This document shows, piece by piece, positions 58,948-64,000 of a DNA stretch of 64,000 nucleotides. The stretch comes from Fibrobacterales bacterium. Lineage in GTDB: Bacteria; Fibrobacterota; Fibrobacteria; Fibrobacterales; JAOPTW01. The position numbers and the translations under genes are program-made. Location: the NCBI GenBank assembly GCA_051532035.1, contig JAOPTW010000032.1:21546-85545 (forward strand), written 5' to 3'. Under the pieces are notes generated by a model. It ran no database searches and had not been told where the DNA came from. It saw only the letters and a program-made list of their open reading frames with translations. Position 1 is the stretch's first letter. Each line of letters begins with the position of its first letter.

Positions 58948-59688
58948 CTATCGATCCATTTGAATGAGCAACTGCTGCATTGTATGCGCTATATGGTCAT
59001 CGTACTCAAATGAACTCAGTAATTCATCATACAGAAGTTTACCTGGAATTGTTGCTCTATACTCAGCTTCTGACTTATGGATTTTATTTGCTTGTCTGAA
59101 TACCTCTTCGGTACTCCCAGAAAGAATAACCATTTGAGATTTCCGTTTGTACACCTCTTCAAAGCAGAGTGTTTCATGGGCATTTACCAACGCACTTAAC
59201 TCTGTATCAGCTTCCATAAAACGTTTCTTAACCACTGGTGCATTGGTTAATCGTGAAGGAGAGAGGGAATTAACTGTTGAACACACGGTCCCATCTTCGA
59301 GAAATGAGGTAAAATCCACAATATTCTCACGAATTCCTTTCTCGACATTAAAAATACTGCTGAGATTTGCATACATTTTGTTGTCTGGCCCTATCAGGAC
59401 CCGTACAACAGTCTGATTATCATCAGCGAGTTCATTCAATGTTTTATCTTCATAATCAACAATGTGGAAAAACTGCATAGCGATGAGCTCTTTTTGAACA
59501 TCATCATAGAAATCTTGAGGCAGTTCAGAAAAAAACGCAAGATCAGCAGCCTGTAAAAGGTGCTTTTCTTGATACACTTTACAGAGTGTATGATATATAT
59601 TTTCTGCCTGTTTATGAAACATTTGAGTCACGTTACCACTAATATCAATGAATGTACTAATTATCCTATGAATTGGGTTAAACCGCAA
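58948..59688 (-). CDS. Hypothetical protein (start uncertain)
   Basis: 246-aa ORF with no recognised motif. Confidence 0.6.
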   Translation of the reverse strand: MRFNPIHRIISTFIDISGNVTQMFHKQAENIYHTLCKVYQEKHLLQAADLAFFSELPQDFYDDVQKELIAMQFFHIVDYEDKTLNELADDNQTVVRVLIGPDNKMYANLSSIFNVEKGIRENIVDFTSFLEDGTVCSTVNSLSPSRLTNAPVVKKRFMEADTELSALVNAHETLCFEEVYKRKSQMVILSGSTEEVFRQANKIHKSEAEYRATIPGKLLYDELLSSFEYDDHIAHTMQQLLIQMDR

Positions 59689-59818
59689 GGAATAACTGGT
59701 CCAGAGTTATCCTATTATATAATACTCAAAACAAGCCACTATTCTTGTGAGCCAGCAAAGGCATAATTATTGATTTAAAGCCCAAATACAGTGATTTTAG
59801 TGATTAAACTTTTGTTCA

Positions 59819-59845
59819 TCACAAATTGTTATCATTTATTTGTGA
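59819..59845. promoter_or_regulatory. Inverted repeat upstream of the TIGR02147 gene, candidate operator
   Basis: TCACAAAT-N11-ATTTGTGA. Confidence 0.4.
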
Positions 59846-59915
59846 CGACCCTCTTTCTTAATTTCATTTTTTGCCCTGAAAAAGTAGTTTTAAGAGTATT
59901 CAAAGAGAAAGGCTT

Positions 59916-60785
59916 ATGCAGAAGATTGTTTTATATGATTTTATAGATTACACCCGCTACCTTAATGCATGGTTTGATGCTAAAAAAGAGGCGAATGCAA
60001 ACTTTTCACATAAGTCATTTGCAGAAAAAGTAGGCCTAAAGTCAAGTAGTTATGTGACCATGATACTCAATCATACCCGTAAAGTCCCCCGGAAACAGAT
60101 ACTAAGTTTTGCGAAAGCATTGGACCTCAACTCAAAAGAGACAAAGTATTTTGAGGCGATTATCCTCTATAAAGAGAGTAAAGATTTTGATGAAAAACGA
60201 TACTACTGGGACATTGCTCAAAATCTACGCCCTCTTACCGACCCTTATATTATTGAACGCAAACAGTTTGATTATTTCAATAACTGGTATATCCCCGTAC
60301 TCAGAGAAGTCGTTACTTACTTTGACTTTAAAAAAGATTTTACACTTTTGGGTAAACAACTCAATCCTCCTCTATCAAAAAAAGAAGCTGAGACTGGCTT
60401 TAATACACTCCTCGATCTCAAACTCATAAAGCCCATTGAGACCAAGGTTTTAAAAGGAACCCTTACCTTTAAATCGAAACCGACTCTGTATGAACTTACC
60501 AACACCTTAATGGTAACCCCTCCGGAGAATAGAATGGTGGCGGTACATAATTTCCAAAGGGAGACCATTGAACTCGCAAAAACGGCACTCGATAAACTCG
60601 ACACTAGTGAAAGAAACATTCAAAATACTACTATTGGTACATCAGCTCAGGGTTTATTCGAGATCAACCGCCTTATAGAAGACTTTCAGGCCCAACTTCT
60701 TAAGATCGCCGAAAACAACCCCGAAACTGAAGCAGTCTATCATGTTAATATTCAACTATACCCTTTAACTGTGGAGAAAAAATAA
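59916..60785 (+). CDS. TIGR02147 family protein (HTH plus DUF4423-like domain)
   Basis: DYTRYL..FSHKSFAEKVGLKSSSY; YFNNWYIPVLRE; YHVNIQLYPL. Confidence 0.88.
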   Translation: MQKIVLYDFIDYTRYLNAWFDAKKEANANFSHKSFAEKVGLKSSSYVTMILNHTRKVPRKQILSFAKALDLNSKETKYFEAIILYKESKDFDEKRYYWDIAQNLRPLTDPYIIERKQFDYFNNWYIPVLREVVTYFDFKKDFTLLGKQLNPPLSKKEAETGFNTLLDLKLIKPIETKVLKGTLTFKSKPTLYELTNTLMVTPPENRMVAVHNFQRETIELAKTALDKLDTSERNIQNTTIGTSAQGLFEINRLIEDFQAQLLKIAENNPETEAVYHVNIQLYPLTVEKK

Positions 60786-62335
60786 TGTCCTCTTTTCTAC
60801 TCTCCTTACTTATTGCCCTCATGGTTTTCTCTTGTTCACTCTCCCCAAGTGATGAGCATAATGGCAGTATTGCAGGTGCAACACAAACGACGAATACTAT
60901 TGCAGCTCTTAAAGTTCAACTATCAGACACCCACACCTCATTTGCCAATGAAATAGATGTGCACCTTTTTAAAGTCACTTCTCATGTAACCCTCGTGGCA
61001 TCCCAAGGGCTTACCACCAACTCTGACACCACTGGTGAGTATCTTTTTACGCGGCTCCCCGAAGGTTCCTATTATATAGCATTCTATTACAACGACACCA
61101 TAATTGGAGAAGTAGATAAAATTTCAGTTCATGAAGATAAAGCAACACAGCTCGATAAAAAAGAGGTGTCTCAAGACCCAATTATCCCTCGATATGCACT
61201 GGTTGGCGAACTAATAGAACAAGCAAAGCCACTATCATATAGTTCACAGGAAGAAGAAGTTTCAGCATACGCCAACAACCACTTTATCCCCGCTGTATTC
61301 GATCAAGTATCTGGTACCGACCATTCAGGAGCTCTCTTTTTCCACGCCCCTCTCAACAAGACCAAGCTCTTTAAAAATGGTGACTTCACATCAAAAAACA
61401 TGGATTTTACAGAAAACCAACTTTTTATGCATCAGTTGGCACTCACATTTAATGATTCCTCATTTACCAGTTTTACCTTTACTGCAAAACATAGCACACC
61501 CACAATGACCCTAAATCTCTTTACTAAAGTCTACTCATTCAAGAGTACCCCGGCTCGAATATTTCATCGAGGGCTCTTTGACAGCACAGGATCCTTAACC
61601 GAAGGATATTCACTCAATGCTTTCAAAGGTAAAGCTAATATCATTGCTTTTGAGTGGACCAACCAAACGGGCGTTACTCACAATACCCCACTTCAGTTTA
61701 CTGATGCCAGAGAAAACCAGTGGTATATGATTACTATTACTCTAACTCAGAACCTCATATCAATGGAAGTCAATGGCATTCTCATAGAAGAAAGGGAGAG
61801 AAATGGCACTCTGACAGCGTTAAACAATCAACCAATAGCCGGCGCCCAAACCATGGACACTCTCGTGAACAGCAACTACTTTTCTGGTGCAATCTCTGAT
61901 ATACGTATTTATGATGCAGCTCTATCACAACAAAAGGTCTTCTCCAATATCTATATTGTTTCAGAAAACAGTGCTGATGCCTGTATTGATGGGTTTGACA
62001 ATGATGGTGATGGCCTCTATGATTGCCTTGATACCGACTGCGCGACTCAAAGCAGATGTACTGAATGTGTGAGCCCACCTTCAACAGACAGTAACCACCC
62101 TCTCTCGTACTGTAATATTAACAAAGAAACAACGCCATTGCTCTGTTCCGACAACTATGATAATGATGAAAACGGACTGTATGATTGCGATGACCCACAA
62201 TGCAAAAATACCTTTGTATGTCAGGCAACACATACCGATCTTTCAACGTGTGAATTGCTGCAAGACATTAATACTGATGGCATCATTGATTTTGGTGCAC
62301 CTGACTGCTGTGCCCTCTATGATGGGTGTCCGTAA
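60785..62335 (+). CDS. Lipoprotein: carboxypeptidase-regulatory-like Ig domain, LamG, Cys/Asp-rich repeats
   Basis: VFSC lipobox; DTTGEYLFTRLPEGSY; FSGAISDIRIYD; CIDGFDNDGDGLYDCLDTDC. Confidence 0.8.
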   Translation: MSSFLLSLLIALMVFSCSLSPSDEHNGSIAGATQTTNTIAALKVQLSDTHTSFANEIDVHLFKVTSHVTLVASQGLTTNSDTTGEYLFTRLPEGSYYIAFYYNDTIIGEVDKISVHEDKATQLDKKEVSQDPIIPRYALVGELIEQAKPLSYSSQEEEVSAYANNHFIPAVFDQVSGTDHSGALFFHAPLNKTKLFKNGDFTSKNMDFTENQLFMHQLALTFNDSSFTSFTFTAKHSTPTMTLNLFTKVYSFKSTPARIFHRGLFDSTGSLTEGYSLNAFKGKANIIAFEWTNQTGVTHNTPLQFTDARENQWYMITITLTQNLISMEVNGILIEERERNGTLTALNNQPIAGAQTMDTLVNSNYFSGAISDIRIYDAALSQQKVFSNIYIVSENSADACIDGFDNDGDGLYDCLDTDCATQSRCTECVSPPSTDSNHPLSYCNINKETTPLLCSDNYDNDENGLYDCDDPQCKNTFVCQATHTDLSTCELLQDINTDGIIDFGAPDCCALYDGCP

Positions 62336-62620
62336 GCTCCAGTACATCACCATGACAAGTGTTCACAAATTGTGAACGCTCTTTTAATTCTTTGACGCAC
62401 GCACTATTTAGCGTACACTTCTTTAATGCTACCTTTTGTTTCAGATACATGATACACCGAGAGGGGTACCAATGCAGCAGATACGAGAGAGAACTTTGGG
62501 GTCTTCAACAGAGACAAGTTAATTACCCCACTATTGTTTAATTATTCTTCACTAGATTTAAGAGGCCACACCTACCGATTGCCTCGCACCATATCTCTTT
62601 AACTCTTTCTTCACATCTAT

Positions 62621-62640
62621 AAAGCCCCGCAAGGGGCTTT
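62621..62640. terminator. Intrinsic terminator (bidirectional)
   Basis: AAAGCCCC-GCAA-GGGGCTTT. Confidence 0.75.
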
Positions 62641-62642
62641 TC

Positions 62643-64000
62643 TTATGTAAACTCTTTCTCTTTCTCTTCGAGTTCAAGTGATGCAGTTTCGAAATCTTCA
62701 AAATTCTTATCAATTTTCTTCTGAAGCTCTCCGATTTTTTGAGAAATTTCAGCAAGGGTGCTCGTATCCCCTGCCTCATTTGCCTCTGTCAAAAGTTCAT
62801 TTTGACGCTCTAACGCACCTTCGAGATTGGTTACTTCACGTTCGAGGCGTTCCACCTCTTTTTTAAGGGGCCCAAGAACAGTATTTTTTTCACTATTTTG
62901 TTCGGCTCGCTGTTTACGCTGATCCTTTTTATTGGCCTTCGGCTTCTTTACTTTAGAAGTCCCTTCTCGTCGTTCGAAAGACCACCCTACTTGCTCGAGG
63001 AACTCATCATACGTCCCATCAAATATAAATACGGTATCATCATCATAGACAATAAGTTTTGTTGCTACTGTGCCCACTAGAAGTTCATCGTGCGAAACCA
63101 GTACCACAGCACCTTCAAATTCTTTAATTGCACCTTTCAGAGATTCAACAGACTGCATGTCGAGGTGATGCGTCGGTTCATCCAATAACAGAAGCCCTAC
63201 AGGGCTTGCGAGAATCTTACCGAGTAATACTCTACTCTTTTCACCACCACTCAATACACCAATTTTTTTAAGAGCGGCGTCGCCTTCAAACATCATGAGT
63301 CCTGCGATACCACGGCCCTCAGCAATACTGAGTTCTGGATTCGCATATTGAATCTCATCATATACAGAGCTCTCAAAATCAAGACGGTTTACATTAGTTT
63401 GACCAAAATAACCGATCTTCAATGCTTCGTGATTTGTAATTGTGCCACCAAGCGGTGTTAACTCACCGGCAAGGAGGCTTAAAAATGTAGACTTACCTTT
63501 ACCATTTGGCCCGATAACCGCAATGCGATCTCCTGGGTGAATCATCATGCTGATATCTTTTACCAAAATATTATCTTCCTCATAGCCAAAGTAGAGGTCT
63601 TCAATGTTTTGGAATCTCTTTCCGCTAAACGGAAATTTTCTAAACGCAAAATTAAGATCTTTTTCAACACTTAACTTTTCACGCTTACCTTGCTTCTCGA
63701 GCAGCTTAACCTTACTCTGTACCGCCTGAGCTTTACTAGCCTTAGCACGGAACCGCTCAATAAACTTCTCAACTTCAGCACGTTTTGAATCTTCATTCAC
63801 GCGAGTTTTTTCGTATATCTCTTCTTCTTCAGCTACTTGCTCATGCCACTTATGCGTACCGCCAAGAATCTTCTTAATCTTCTTCCGGTTAATACCCATG
63901 GTATGGGTACATACGGTATCCATAAATTTTCTATCGTGGGTAATGAGTATAAACTCATTGGGCCACTGCTGTAGAAAACGCTCTAACCAACGAATAGAAA
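62643..64000 (-). CDS. ABC-F family ATP-binding protein, 5'-truncated by the window edge
   Basis: ITHDRKFMD upstream of the track start; GPNGKGKST, LSGGEK, LLLDEPT, VSHD; C-terminal coiled coil. Confidence 0.92.
   Translation of the reverse strand, partial: SIRWLERFLQQWPNEFILITHDRKFMDTVCTHTMGINRKKIKKILGGTHKWHEQVAEEEEIYEKTRVNEDSKRAEVEKFIERFRAKASKAQAVQSKVKLLEKQGKREKLSVEKDLNFAFRKFPFSGKRFQNIEDLYFGYEEDNILVKDISMMIHPGDRIAVIGPNGKGKSTFLSLLAGELTPLGGTITNHEALKIGYFGQTNVNRLDFESSVYDEIQYANPELSIAEGRGIAGLMMFEGDAALKKIGVLSGGEKSRVLLGKILASPVGLLLLDEPTHHLDMQSVESLKGAIKEFEGAVVLVSHDELLVGTVATKLIVYDDDTVFIFDGTYDEFLEQVGWSFERREGTSKVKKPKANKKDQRKQRAEQNSEKNTVLGPLKKEVERLEREVTNLEGALERQNELLTEANEAGDTSTLAEISQKIGELQKKIDKNFEDFETASLELEEKEKEFT

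Noticed and set aside
62361..62377. GTTCACAA-A-TTGTGAAC as a second operator or element end matching the 59819 repeat
   Set aside because: The spacing is different, and its position after the stop codon with following T residues fits a terminator-like hairpin better
1..64000. Numerous 60-150-aa antisense or nested ORFs in the track; tRNA, rRNA, CRISPR, prophage and IS genes
   Set aside because: The short ORFs lie within well-supported genes and show no motifs; I recognised no sequence signatures of the other element types

Overview
A gene-dense, AT-rich bacterial chromosome segment (roughly 40% GC by eye). It is most likely Fibrobacterota, inferred from three lineage-typical families: a fibro-slime protein, a FISUMP/Fib_succ_major domain and a TIGR02147 protein. 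Housekeeping genes are cdaA (partial), a TIGR03960/DUF2344 radical SAM fusion, acs, ppx/gppA, a pseudouridine synthase, queA, carboxy(nor)spermidine dehydrogenase plus nspC, tsaE, serS, glpQ/glpD-like genes and a partial ABC-F. Accessory cell-surface loci are a nine-gene PadR-headed TonB-receptor/TtpC-type operon with repeated candidate operators, a 16.5-kb tandem array of six modular Ig/cadherin-like lipoproteins (five with LamG) that have swapped C-terminal tip domains and enclose a CsgG-like gene, and a TIGR02147-lipoprotein pair. Intergenic DNA holds an ERIC/Correia-like palindromic element, two sigma28-like promoters and several promoter-to-terminator units lacking a long ORF (candidate sRNAs). 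One such unit has a consensus CRP box at -41.5; two are in tandem and carry C-rich tracts. I saw no rRNA, tRNA, CRISPR array, transposase, integrase or reverse transcriptase. All domain calls come from motif recognition by eye, not database searches.
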